Of a stretch of DNA of 64,000 nucleotides, positions 40,678-54,527 are shown piece by piece. Position 1 is the first letter of the stretch. Every line of letters starts with the position of its first letter. The notes under the pieces were generated by a model. That model searched no databases. It was not told the origin of the DNA and worked only from the letters and a program-made list of their open reading frames with translations. The DNA comes from Chrysomallon squamiferum (taxonomy: Eukaryota > Animalia > Mollusca). A program made the translations under genes and the position numbers. The stretch spans positions 2,418,001 through 2,482,000 of the forward strand of contig CM022665.1 of the NCBI GenBank assembly GCA_012295275.1. Direction: 5' to 3'.

Positions 40678-42817
40678 TCATTTTAGATAATGTTTGCTAA
40701 TGGAAAAAGCTGGTTGCAAATATTAATTTCTTTTCTTCACTAAAACTTATAAATAATAAATGGACATTTTTCCTAATTAGTTATAAACTGACACTAAAAA
40801 CCCTGACTGCACTAAAAATGCAGGCTTTGTACACTTATTTCAACACTCACCTTAAACATTGGTGCTAATACTGAAGAGCCTGCATTGCCATATTCAAATG
40901 CATTGAGCAGCTGTGGCAGAATTTTGTGTTGACAAAATTGTGGAGGAAATGAATCCAGTGAAGGTGTCAAATTACAGAAAAACTTGTTTTTCTCAGCTTG
41001 ATCTTTAATCTAACAAATAAATAATTAAAAATATAACCTATGAGCAATAGCCTACCTATCAAATACTTTTACAGCAAGTAAAAAAATTAAAAATTTAATT
41101 AAAAAGATGTTGTTTCAAGACTGCCCTAAGAACACACTGATTAAGAAATAATTTTTCATGTAAATTATAAAAAGACAATGCACAAAGATGAAAAAGAAAG
41201 CTTAAATAAAAAAGTTTTCAGTAACCATATATTCCTCTCAGCTTTTAAATTAGAAAAAATCATTCTTATTTTCTGCCATCTGATAAATCACTGCTAAATT
41301 TAAAAAAAAAAAAAAAAAATGTTTAATACAAAGTTATTATTATGTGTTTTTAATAGAAGCTAAACATAAAAATAACAATGAAAATAGTTATAGAAAAATT
41401 AATTTTCTTCTCACCTGGATTTCTTCAAGAAACAACATTGAAGTAACAAATGAATTGTCCATAAAACCTCCTTTTCTCCGGCAATCTTCAATAAATTTGG
41501 CTGGATTTGGCCTCGACTTTGGATTAGCACTAACCAGCTCACAATAATTAGGAACTAGGGATTTTGGAATCTAAACCAAAAAAAATAAAATAAAAAATAT
41601 ATAGACACACAGGCACCCACACACACACATATATATATATATGCATATACATACTTATATACACACACACACACATATATATACACACACACACACACAT
41701 ACATACATACACAATATGTAATGACTTCAAATCTGAGCACTAGCTTAGAGAGATACTATATTGGACATAGCATAAAACATTTCCATTCATAAAAACAATA
41801 TATCTTTGTGTTGTTCTTTTCATTTATTTTCTAAATTTAAATTATAAAAAGAGATCATTTACATTCAGCATGTCAATTTACTATTCATTTACTTACATTT
41901 CAACTGAATGTGAAAAAAATTTAAAAATTCTGAAAAAAAAATACTGCCTGTTACTAATGCTGCAAATATCAGAGGCATTTGAAATTTATGATTTTGTGGT
42001 TATAGCAAAAATACACAATCATTTCTAAATTCTCAAACAATATGTTGTCCAAAGTGAAAATTATTACCTTGCCTAAAGCTTTCAGAGATGATGTGCGAGG
42101 CAATGTGCCATTGAACACTTCCCATATCAGACAGCCTAAACCCCACATATCACGTGACCTGGCAAACAAAAAAATAAGAAATTAAATAGATTCTCTTAAA
42201 TTTGAAGCAACTTTTTAAAAAATATCTGTAATTAAACAGAAATTATCAGTATACTTTTTAAATAACAGCGATCTGTTATAAAATAGAATTAAAATAAGAA
42301 ATATAATTTGTGAAAAAAGATCACGTTTCAAACAAACAATAATACTTACATTTTTTTTTAATAAACATCAATTATGGTGAGCCATTACACATTCAGAAAA
42401 AATAAATTACTTTTGCAGACTAGTACATAATTTTGACCTAAATCTGATTTCATGTTCACAACAACTTTGGCATCAATGTGGATTTTAGATTTTGTTTTCT
42501 CAGGTAATTACCATTTTCCTCCTTTTGCACCTCTTAAATCAGATTTTTCTGGAGGGTCATATTTTTCAAGAGATGGAAGTATTTTTATAGGAGGCTGACT
42601 GTCTGGACCTTGTGAACTGTACATGTAATCCACACCTCCCAGCTTCCATTCTCCAGCTTGATCAACAAACAGGGATGACATGCAGACGTTGTTATGAATT
42701 AAATTGCAGTCATTGATGAGAAATGAAAGACCTTTCTGAAAATTAAGAAAAAAAATTTAATACAATGATAATCTTCTCACAGAAATATTATGTACTTAAG
42801 AAAATAATAATAATAAT

Positions 42818-42893
<76 letters not shown>

Positions 42894-44386
42894 TTTTAGA
42901 CTAATAAGCCTGTATATGAAAGAAATTAGTAAGGATTTTAAATAAAAGACAGAACTTATGAGCTGAAAACATAAAAAAATCAAATAAGAAAGCAATCTGA
43001 GAATTATATTTACATATGAGAAGCTAGATTTTTAAAAGCTCTGTGATTCATAATAAAATAAAATTAATATATAAAATACAAACAGCAGTCTGATGAAGTC
43101 CCCAAGATATTGCCAGCTCATTTTTTGCATCACCCTCATTATTCTTCAGGTGTGTCTCAAGAGGTGTCACTGGTTCAGTGGCAATGTAGAATACTTTCTC
43201 TGTCTGAAATGAATAGGTAAATAATGCATTTACTAACACATTGTGATTTAATACTAAGACGAGACAATGCAGATAAAAATAAATTTAAAAATAATGTTTA
43301 AAAACAAAAAATAATTATAGAAAATACACATTTTCACATTTTCCTCCATTTTACATCATTAAATTAAAATTCAGTATGAATAATCAAATGTGATACACCT
43401 AAATCAAAATATTTAAAAAATATAATTCTTATTATTTGATTTGTTCTGACACAATTTCTAATATTATTATAGCTGTTTTATCATGACCACCTATTTAAAG
43501 GTATCAATACTTGAATTATACAGTTAACAAAATCAATTTTAATTTAAATTTTGTTTAACAAATTAAAATGACAATTATTAATTACCTGTAATCCATCCAG
43601 GAAAGTGAGAATATTTGGATGCCGTAGTGTTTTGATCCGTTTGAAGGCTGCCCTAGCTATCTGTACCTAGAATATATTATTTTTTATTATAGTTTTATGC
43701 AGTTAAAAATAATATTGATGGAAACCATTTTTTCTCTTCATTTACTTTTCTATAAAAAAAAAAAATTAAAAAAAAAATTCATTCCACATTACATGACTGA
43801 ATAAAAAACAAAACATACATTATTAAATACAATTCATTTTATTTTCATTAAAAATATATACATAGGATAATCATATCAGTTACAAATAAACAAATAAATT
43901 AAGTGTTTAATAAATGCTTAAAATCAAATACCTGGGATTCACTAGCAGCTTTGACATCAAACATAAACACAGAAACAGGATCACCAGTTGCCTAGAGAGG
44001 AAGAGAGTATGAAAGAAAATAAAACCAACAACAATAATCAATTATATAAAGTATTGGAATTGAATTAATCATTAATGGATGATAAGAAAATAATAATAAT
44101 TATATATAAAGAAATGATGATATTTTACTTAATTTTCTTCATGTTAGAAATGCTGGAACGTTTAGACTTTTTTCCCATGTACATACGGTCTGATACTGGA
44201 AAACAGTTTATAATAATATTTACATTAGTACTCATTGTACTGTTATTACTCAGTTTACTGTTAAACACACACCTTCTTTTTACCATGATGTAATGTCCAA
44301 ATTGACTTTTCTTCCAGACCACTAACTTTTTCACCTATTTCATAATTAAAATCCTTTGAAGGATCTCTACTGAATAATGACCACAT
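35007..44386 (-). CDS. SCYL1: SCY1-like pseudokinase 1 (N-terminal kinase-like protein), ~19 exons
   Basis: Start [18 protein letters not shown]; [19 protein letters not shown]; pseudokinase [22 protein letters not shown]; [17 protein letters not shown]; HEAT-region [31 protein letters not shown]; GWAGWAVTG; C-terminal [11 protein letters not shown] (stop 35007), matching the SCYL1 COPI-binding tail. Confidence 0.96.
37284..37464. mobile_element. Possible degraded TTAA-target (piggyBac-like) MITE in an SCYL1 intron
   Basis: TTAA-cctctttccattactg ... cagtgttggaaatgaagggg-TTAA: imperfect TIRs bounded by TTAA on both sides. Confidence 0.3.
40548..40673. repeat. Compound (TATATG)n/(TG)n/(TA)n microsatellite
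   Basis: Direct reading. Confidence 0.9.
42803..42892. repeat. (AAT)n microsatellite
   Basis: Direct reading. Confidence 0.9.
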
Positions 44387-44889
44387 TTTACGAATTTTAT
44401 TTTCCTGAATCAGTGTATAATTTTTGTAATGAATATAACCATAAACGTCAACACTGTCATGTTGTCTCTCGTGAAAAACCGGAAATAGAACATTTGGTAT
44501 TACACTGTTTCCCTGTTCTGTTTATTCATTACGCTATGTACAAAGTAGAGTACAATAAAATATGTAAATGGAGAACAGTTTATATTTATATTTTTTTTCA
44601 CCACGTTGATGTCGCAATAATTATATAGACCCTAATAACAATGAAAAAATGAACTGGATTTTAAAACATTTAAAGCAATAACTTTAAGTGAACAAAAAAT
44701 CTTATTATTCCCTTAATTCGTCTTATTTATCTGCAAATGTACCCCAAAACAAATAAATACATCGTGAACTTTGTAATTCTATTTTTACGACAACTATACC
44801 GAAGCATAATCTTCTAATTTGTTACGCTTTTCAAAAAATCCAGTAAACGAAAACATGTAAATACCAGTCCATTGTTTACTGCAAACAAT
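44387..44889. promoter_or_regulatory. Bidirectional promoter region between SCYL1 and BPNT1 (start codons ~500 bp apart)
   Basis: Divergent ATGs at 44386 and 44890; local CpG enrichment; ETS-like accggaaat near 44498; YY1-like aatatggctg overlapping the BPNT1 start. Confidence 0.65.
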
Positions 44890-47800
44890 ATGGCTGCCAG
44901 TAAAAATATTCCGCTGTTAATGCGGATAGTCTCAGCCTCTGTCTCGGTATCCAAACGAGCAGGAACTATTATACGAGATGTTTTGAAAAGGGGCGATCTT
45001 GGCATAGTTGAAAAGGTTTCGAAAATATCGTATTTATATTATAATTAGTTTTAAAACATAAATTTATGTTCAATCTCAGTCTCAGACAGTCATAATGATA
45101 ATCAAAATGATACTCAGTAACTCACAAATAACTCAGTGTCAACAGTATGATGATAGTCATTGTATTAATACTATTATCGTATAATACATTGATAGGACAT
45201 AACTAGTCTTAAATGCCTACAATTTCAGATTAAAACATGAACTGTAACTTACCTGGCCCAGCAGTAAAAATTACAGTTATGATGGTAATAATTACTTGGT
45301 TAGACATGATAGAGCAGATTCTCATATCTCATACCATCATTATATATGACTGAAAACTAAAAACAATTAATCTTACAATATCTTGAGCTTAAAACATGAT
45401 GGAATTCATTATAATTTCATTTCTGACAAACCCAAAAATACGAATACAAACGTATAAACAAATTTTACATTAATAATAGTTGTGGTAGTTACTGATTTTC
45501 AGTGACATTTCTTTTTAAACGGAAATAAATATGCAAATTAAATGTTTATGATTAATTTACTTTAGAATGTCATTCAGTTTATAACAAGTGTTTCATTTTG
45601 AATTATCTCGTGATTTGTCAATCACTGTTTAATTATTATTAAATATTTGGACATTTATATCACTGGGGACAAAACCTCTTTATTTTTCCATTGACTGATT
45701 GAGTCTTGTTTAAATGAAGCATTCACATTAGTGTTTTTTTCAGTTATCTGCAGAATAACATTTGTTACCAACATTTTCAGGGTAAAAATGACCTGCAGAC
45801 TGAGGCTGACAGATCTGCTCAGAGGTGTATAGTTGCCTCACTGCACAGACAGTTTCCAAAGGTGTCAATATTTGGAGAAGAGGTCACATTTTTTTCTTTA
45901 TTTCTTTTTTTTTTTTTTTTTACTGATTATGTGTTTCACAGTTTTATATCAGCACTGAGAATATTAACAAATATACATGAAATTAGATTTAAATTTATTA
46001 TTTTTCGTGTTGTTTATTCATTGATTATTACTTTTCCTTTTCTTTCTAACTATCTTTGATTTTATTATTTTATTTTATTTCTGTTTATTTTTTTCATGGT
46101 TTAACAAAAAGGTACATTTTTCCACAACTGATAATTATAAAATAGCATTCATTCTTGTAATGATCTATGGCATAAATTCTTACCTAAAACATCTAAAAAT
46201 ACTTAGCAAAAGAATAAATAAAAATTTAACACACACACACAGACACCATAGACACCCTAGATATTAATTTATCAAATACTGTTCAAAAGATTTTACAACT
46301 GTTCTGTTTTATGGTTTAAAACAAAAAGTTTTAACTCACTTCTAAATTGTTCTGTATTTAGCAACTCAGCCCCTATGAAAAGGTGGATGAATCAATGATA
46401 GAATCTGAACTTGCAGAAGAGGTTCTGAAAGAAACTTGTCCTGAAAATCTACAGAAAATTGAAGATGACGAGGTAACAAGATATGACGAATTGTTCAGCA
46501 TTTCCAGCTTTTAATCAGTGATAATCTTAGGAAAATATAACTTCATAACATAAATTATTATATGGTTTGTTTCATGTTCTGGAACTTATCTGTGTATGTT
46601 CTTTTAGATTGTGATCTGGGTAGACCCTTTGGATGGCACATCAGAATTTACTCAAGGTAACATTGATATGGTTTATAGTGAAGACGGAAATAAATACAGG
46701 ATAGAATATTTTTGCATTCAAAAAGGTTTCAGCTAAACATATTGTCACATAATGAGCTGGTTTTCTACCATAATGAACAATCTCATTTAATAAATTATAT
46801 TTTATGAAAAAAATTGCATTAGGTTCGAGTTAAACCACTCAGTAATTAAAATAACAGACAAAACTTTCAGTCAGCCCCCATTATATTTTGTTAATGATGT
46901 TACACATCCTTAGTAAAAATGCTTCTACAAGCAATAGGGTGTCAGAATTTTCATACTAATTTAATATATATAATGATAATCATAACCCTTAAGACTTGAA
47001 ATTATCTCTTTCTTTAATATTTTGTTTCAGATTATAAATTCAGGATTAATTTTTTTCAGGATTACTTGACCATGTTACAGTACTGATAGGAATTTCTGTG
47101 AAGGGCAAGGCTATGGCTGGTGTGATCTACCAGCCTTACTACAATTACCAGGCTGGCAAGGATGCCATTGTAGGGAGATGTATCTGGGGAATTATTGGAT
47201 TAGGTAGAATGTTTAATATTAAAAAATAAACTGGTATGTGTTAATACAAAGAACATAGCTGTTTTTAAACTAAACTTAAGTAAAGGCCATTTTACTTAAA
47301 TACCATTAACTACTTTTAATGATATATATTATGTAATTATGTAATTCCAAAAAATATATTAATCTTTTCCAAAAAAAACTTAATTATGCATATATGATCT
47401 AATAATACCTATATTTTGCATTGGATAAATTTTGTTTTTCATATTGACTATAGTTCTTCATGTATCAGCTCAGATAGATCCTAATGCAACTGTAAACACT
47501 ATTTGCTGAAGAGCCAATAAATATTATTTATTATAATATTCTGGTGTATTATTTGATAGGAGCCTTTGGATTTGAGAAAGCTTTTCCACCAGAAAATGAA
47601 AACATAATTACAACATCAAGATCTCATTCAAATAGAATGGTCACGGAAGCTGTTGAGGCTTGTGAACCCACAAAAGTAGTAAGAGTTGGTGGAGCTGGTC
47701 ACAAGGTGAGTTTAAAATAATTATTACTTTTCATGTTATTTTCATGTATTAATATTATCCTGATGATGACAATGATTACAATACCACATAATCATCAACA

Positions 47801-48445
47801 GCTGTGCCTTTTGATCAGAATACATTCCTAGAAATAATATAGTCATTTTAATAAAATACATTGTTTAGTAACATTTACTTAGTAACATTGTAATCCTGTA
47901 TTGCAGCAGTTGTGATTGCCATTAAAATACTTACTTGTTGATATATATTGGATTTTCAGCCATTAAATAAGACGTGTTTGGCATATGTAGTAAAATGTTC
48001 TTTGGGTAAACAGTTAGGCAGTTTGTTGTTCAGTTTCATTTATGTTGTATTAAAAAAACACAATTAGGGTGGTTTTTTTGTGTTTTTTTCAGTGGCTGTT
48101 GAAGTTTATGGAGTTTTTCCTAACATTTTTATTTTATTTTTTGTCTTTCTACAGGTTTTGTTACTCATTGAAGGCAAAGTTCATGCTTACGTTTTTGCCA
48201 GTAAGGGTTGTAAGAAATGGGATACCTGTGCACCTGAGGCTGTGCTGCATGCAATTGGTGGAACTCTGACAGACATATGTGGAGTACCAATGCAGTATCA
48301 CCATCAAGTACAAAAAGGAAACCTTGGTGGTGTTTTGGCAACTTTACAGAGGCATGAGTGGTATGTTAGTAAAATTCCACAGGAAATTAAAGATGAGTTT
48401 AGACAAGAACCTGATGGAGGACCTGTTCAAATGACAAGACTTTAA
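44890..48445 (+). CDS. BPNT1: 3'(2'),5'-bisphosphate nucleotidase 1; 7 exons (~44890-45015, 45781-45882, 46362-46472, 46608-46657, 47060-47203, 47560-47705, 48154-48445)
   Basis: [130 protein letters not shown]: inositol monophosphatase-family motifs in the BPNT1 arrangement. Confidence 0.96.
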
Positions 48446-48998
48446 TTTTACAATAACTTTTGATTGTTCTTAGTTTATTTATGTTGCTCATTAGTAATAC
48501 ATTCAGGCCACAAATTTGACATCCACTTCATGAAGGACTGTGATTTATTCTCAGATATTAAGAGTAATATATTTTTTTTATAGTTTGTTGGAAGTCTAGT
48601 CTTCTTCCATTTTTTTTTACATTTATACATATACAGTGTATATGTTTATTAAATATATTGTACATCTTGGATATTAAATGTGGTTAAATTATGTTTATTA
48701 TCATTTTTATTTGCATCAAAATAAACGGTTACAGATAATCATTTAATTAAAAATAATAAAGAATACTGTTAATTTTGCTTCATTTATTACTTAAAAACAC
48801 ATCTTTAAAACATTCTATATCATCATTTACTAAATGTGGAAATCACTTAATTTTGTAAAGAAATAATTTTTAAAAATTATAAATATTGTTGTTAATACAA
48901 TTTAAATTTTGGATTGAATAGATACTTTTCTGCAATAAAATATTGGTGCCTCATATAAATCTTAATAATGAATACATTTTAATTGTTAGTACTATTGA

Positions 48999-49325
48999 CA
49001 GGTAAGAACTATCCAGATCAGGGGTTGGCAACATTTTAGACCATCATCCACTTTGTGGAATCCTAGATCACTGACCCCCAGTGTGTAAAATAAATAAGTA
49101 AATATTACCAGTAATATATTTGCCTAATTTAAGGTAAAAAAAAAAAAACGTTTAAAATCTAAAAAAATATATAATAATCAAAAGATCATATGAATCAGAA
49201 GTTTCTTAAACTAGTGTGACCACTTTTGAGCTCTAGACATTTAACCATCTCTTGAATAGTCCCATTAAACTGGAGGTGTCAGTACTGACCACTTTGCTTA
49301 CCACTGGTCTGGATAGTTTAACCTG
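48999..49325. mobile_element. Short inverted-repeat element with a hAT-like core (CAGGGGTTGGCAA...TTGCTTACCACTG, 49019-49306)
   Basis: caggtaagaactatccagatcaggggttggcaa versus the reverse complement of the right end caggttaaactatccagaccagtggtaagcaa (~33-bp imperfect inverted repeat). Confidence 0.5.
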
Positions 49326-51277
49326 AAAAATGTAATTAAATTTACTTATATCTAATGGAATGCAATTTGCCAATTTAAAACTGTTTAAATGAGAATCTGG
49401 AAACAATCAGATTATCAAAATATTTTGCTTAATTTCATTCATTTTGCTTTGCTAATGAACATCTTAATCCTCATTCTCTTATGTGAATATCATAGTTGTT
49501 TTCTGTAGCTATTCCATTTCTTTTACATTTGTTTTAATCTTTCTCATTTTACTATGCTTGTCTTCCGTATTTGTGAAGAACTTTATAAGTTTCTTATAAT
49601 CATTATGTTTTTGTTAACATTATTTTCATTTACCTGTCAATTAATTGAAATATTGTAATATTATGTAAAACAAAATAGTTTCAGAAAATAATAATAAAAA
49701 TTCTTTATTTAGATATAAACAAACTTTAGGTTCAGTAAGGATTGATAAATTTATCAGTTAATGATATGTACATTCATGTTTTATATTAGTTATATTCTGT
49801 TTTATTGAATATTATGTAGTTTCCATTTGTACATCATTAATACAAAATTTGCTGATCAACATCCATTTTATTATATGTGATGTTTTCTAGGTATTTAAAA
49901 AGTATACCTATATAAATAAAAAATGCATGGGTAAAAATAAAATGATTAATACTTGATGTTTCACAGCAAAACCTTTAAATTTACATTCCAGCACCAATTA
50001 TATAAATTCAGATTCCAACCATAGTTTACAAAACTGAAAACTATAAGTTGTAAAAACATATCCAAAAATGCAAGACATCAAAATCTTTGTATTAAAATTT
50101 AAAATAAAGAAATATCAAATATGTGGACTTAATTTTTATTGATTATTAAATATAAACCTTAGTAAACCCTGATACTAGTCAACATATATGTATGTGAGAG
50201 AATATCCTACAGAGGAATAGTGTGTCAGACACATAAATATTATTTGGTAAAGCCAGGACATTACTTCCAAAGTTTGGATCTACATGTCTCAGGGGAGTGT
50301 CTGTGGCATTTTTCTTTTTATATTTATGTTAGGAATACTTAACTGGGATAAAATTTCAGGAATGAAATTTAATAAAACAAAAAACAACCTATGTCATGAC
50401 TTAATTAATTTCAAGAACCAATACTTTCAATACTTGCTATTTCAATCTGATGAAAATGAGAAACTATAAAGTTAAAAGACTTATTTTATTAACACTTGAA
50501 ACCAACTGATAAAAAGAGAAATTCTTATGACCTTCAGCACCAACAATCCAAGTACTGACCCTCAGATTATTTGGTATCCTATGTCATTAGCAAAAAAATA
50601 TGGCAAAATGGAAATAAAACAGTTTCAAAATATCAAACAAATATACAAAGATGAAGAATAAAATAGGTACTTTAATATAATCCAAGACAAATTTTCTAAG
50701 GTATTATTGTAAAAGGTCATATTATTTGCTGAATTAGGATTTTAATGAGTCCTTTTTGTTATAAAGAAAGATTATATTAAACATGTAGATCATGTAACAT
50801 GAAGAACATTAAAAATACACATGCCAGTTCAGTAAATATATCAATGATTCTTTAATAAATTTGCATTACAAATACCATACCTGGAACAATGAACACACAA
50901 CAAGGATAAGAAAAAAATAATAATAAAACAAATCTTTATTTTTATGTTACCAATTACAACTGGACTTTGTACTTTTTTTTTTTCTTTCAAAAATGCGTAA
51001 AAGCCAGAAAATAACATGTACATATTAACAGGAACAGTTAACACCCACTACATATAATCATTTGAATATGTATTGTAAATATTTCATTTCATCAAATAAT
51101 TGTCTCATATATTGTTTTCAATAAATAAAATAAATAATTAGCTGAATTAAAACAATGTATAAATTTCATTTTGTAAAATAAATAATTTACATTTCATGAT
51201 GAATATCACTTTATAAACAAATAGATAAAAAGATGATGACATGAAAGAACTGGATTATAATAATACCAAATCATGGT

Positions 51278-53860
51278 TTAAACAAGTCTTCCTGACCGAT
51301 GGTGTCTGTGGGAACGGCGCCAAGAAGATGGTAAAATCTTTGGCTTAGTTTTTTCCTTTCGGCGACTTTTATGCTTCTTGTGCAAAACCTGTTTTTCTGG
51401 TCTCCTTTCGCAACCCCTGAAGAAAAATAAAATAAGATACTCTGTAAAAAAGATAAAGGATTACTCCATATTTCTTGCCTCTTTAATCTCGATGGAAAGA
51501 AATAAATGAAAAATAAGATAAGATTTTTTACTCCAACAGTTCCATTTTTTTGTTTTTGTTTAGAAAACTAAACCAGACCAGATGCAGTACAAAAAAAAAA
51601 AGAAAACACACCATGCCTGAACAAACACATGTCAAATAATTAAGGAAATCTGGTATGGATGATGACTGGACAGAAATTATTAGTTTTCTATAGACATATG
51701 ACACTGTTTAACAGGCAGCATGATGGAAAGTACACAGTTAGGCACTTTATTTCATTCTTAAGATTAAAATGAACTTTTGATGAAATGGAAAAAAAAATAA
51801 AAAATGGTCTGATATTATGTTTGTGTACACAGTGAATATGACTCCTATAGCATGGTAATAAAATGGAATTATGAAACATTCAAATCTAGTTTTATGCTCA
51901 TATTTCGTTTAGAGCAATAATGACAATATTCCAAAAATAATCAAATATACAGAATTTTGGCCATTTTCAGCTTCTTCTATTCCCAGCTGCTGAGAACCAT
52001 ATAAAGCACTGAGAAATACCAAAATGATTAATACCAAAACAATTAAATCTTGTTGAAATGATAAGAATGGTTAGGTTTTACTAAACATCACCGAAGTATA
52101 ATTTTGTCGAATAAGTCATCAAATCACTATGATGAAAAAAGCATACCATAATCCCATCTGGTATTGGTATGTCAGATAAAATGTTATGGCCCTGTATCAT
52201 GCACACAATCAGGACACTACTTACTGTATGTGATTTTCAAGTTCCCATGGCCATACCTCTACTTCACAGCCATTGTTAGGACATTTTAGTATTCCAAGAC
52301 ACTTCATCATTTCAATGTTATCTTGTGGAACACATGGTCTGAAACCAAACACAGAATAAATTAAAATATATGATGATGAATTTGTATCACAATTTTAGAA
52401 AAATTGTTGGTACTTTTAATATATTTATATTATTGATTTTTTCTCTCTCTCTACTGAGATAAATTTCCAAATGATAATAACATTTTCAATGGAAGTGTTT
52501 TTAACTGTACATTATTTAACAAGAATTTAGCCGGTGTCATGAGGATAAATCTTCCATCTTCATAAAGGTGTTCATAAAGGTGTTCACCTGCTTGCTGGAA
52601 AAGAGAGACTCTGACATATAGGGCAAAACACCAAAGCTGTCCTGATACTATTATCTTCATCATAAAGGCATTCTTCACACACTTTATGCTGACATAAACC
52701 AAAAATCATTCTCGTTTTTGGACACAGACAAACACTACAATTAAACCTGAAATATATAATAACCTAATTACCCTGGGCTCACAAATAAAAACTTTCTTTA
52801 GATAGTTATGACAAAAAACAATGTAACTTCCATTTGATATATATATATATATACAAGTTTGCCAGTCAAATCAATTTAAACTTAGTTATGTAACTGCCGT
52901 TTTTTATGAAACAAATATGAAACATTAATATATTTTTGTCAGTGAACTGTTAGCATTTTGTGAATAACACAACTCTACAGAATTTCAAATTTGATATTCT
53001 ACCTGCTAAAAAATCATCTCTCTTTCTCTCTCTCTCTCACACACACACACAAAACCCAAATGCCTTCAATATAGGCAATATGAAATGATTATTACCCCCA
53101 TAAATTTAATTATTAATTTTGATCCTGACTACTCTATTTCTGTTGTAGTTCTGTTATTTCATTAAACAATTTTGTTATTGTGTTGATTTTTTGTGTGTGT
53201 ATGTATAACTTATTTTAAACATATTATATACAGTATAACTCAACAGGAACCACCGTACACAGTCTTTATTTGGTAATACTGATGTTTAAGAAAAATGTTG
53301 TGAGAGTGGGTCTGTTTTACACACAGGTGAAGGAAAGGTTCCTGGACAAAACCCCAAACAAATTTTAGCCAGATTTAAATGTGGACCAACATTTAGGAGT
53401 GACCAGATTTTCTCGGTGTATACATGTGTCATATATAATATACTTACAAACAACAAAAAGTTCTTATCATTTCATAGCTTCTTGTTTTTAATAAACAATG
53501 ACAAAAAATCTTATTTATCAAAAAGACGTGTGTACAGCTTAAATATTAAGTAAATTTCAACTTATAATAATAAAAAGTAAATAAATATTAATAAACAAAT
53601 ATAATTTTTTTTTTTTTTTTTTTTTTTTATTAGTTAAGAAAGTGTTCTAAAACTGATAAAAACAATTGTTGAAATTTTTGGGTCACACTGACAGTTAAGT
53701 TGAATAATGACAACCGTCACAACGTATTATGATTTTAAAATTTAGAAACAAAACGTCGGAATGATTGAAATAGTTTTTAAAAATATATATTTTATACATT
53801 ACAGTACCACTCTTCATATTTATTTTGCATATCCACCAAAGAAACCACAGTCTCATTCAT
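51278..53860 (-). CDS. 154-aa C3HC4 RING + TRAF/SIAH-type zinc-finger protein with a basic tail (putative E3 ligase); exons 53808-53860, 52588-52746, 52225-52338, 51278-51416
   Basis: Four exons, all phase-2 junctions, join to MNETVVSLVDMQNKYEEWFNCSVCLCPKTRMIFGLCQHKVCEECLYDEDNSIRTALVFCPICQSLSFPASRPCVPQDNIEMMKCLGILKCPNNGCEVEVWPWELENHIQGCERRPEKQVLHKKHKSRRKEKTKPKILPSSWRRSHRHHRSGRLV*. RING CxxC..CxHxxCxxC..CPxC and CPNxGC..LExHxxxC motifs are visible. Confidence 0.85.
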
Positions 53861-53902
53861 CGTTTCTGTTAATAACCGTCACAAAATAAACAATTATCAA
53901 TG

Positions 53903-53976
53903 TTCCCGCGAGCTTTAAACACGTGATCAGGTTTCTGTATTTTGATTGGTGTAGACTTCTCTCAACTTTTTGACGT
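53903..53976. promoter_or_regulatory. E2F-like site + CHR-like element + E-box + CCAAT + CRE-like half site just upstream of the RING gene start (copy 1)
   Basis: TTCCCGC (53903) - 4-nt spacer - TTTAAA (53914) - CACGTG (53920); ATTGG (53945); TGACGT (53971). Confidence 0.5.
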
Positions 53977-54527
53977 ATAAATTTGTATATTTATTTATTA
54001 ACGGTTTTTATTTTTTTATTTTTTTTTTTTTTTTTTTTTTTTTATACATTTTTGGGAACATCGAGTTCATGGATATGATTTTAAAAATCTTTATGGTTAT
54101 TATATATGAATTTTTTCATTAATTTTATTATTATTATTATTATTATTATAACAACTAAGCTTTTTTTTTTTAAATTTATTTTTGGGGGTTAAAATAATTT
54201 TATGTTTACAGTTTATTTATTTATTTTTTAATTTTAACTGAAATACCAAAAAGTAAATAAATACTAGTAAATAAAATAAATATTAATAAACAAATATAAT
54301 TTTTTTTTTTTTTTTTAGTTAAGAAAGTGTTCGAAAAAAACCAATCACTATAAATCGAGTTGCCTGAGACAACTTGCTGAAATTTTTGGATCACACTGAC
54401 AGTTGAATAACTTGAATAACTGACAACCGTCACAACGTATTAATTATGATTTAAAATTTAGAAACAAAACGTCGGAATGATTGAAATAGTTTTTTTAAAA
54501 AAATATATATTTTATACATTACAGTAC

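Noticed and set aside
53448-53470. ATG-containing segment MIRTFCC with GTAAGT donor as first exon of the RING gene
   Set aside because: Phase-compatible but lacks promoter-like context; the 53808-53860 exon sits beside the CpG/E2F/CCAAT module and gives the typical acidic lead-in to the RING. Cannot be fully excluded as a minor start.
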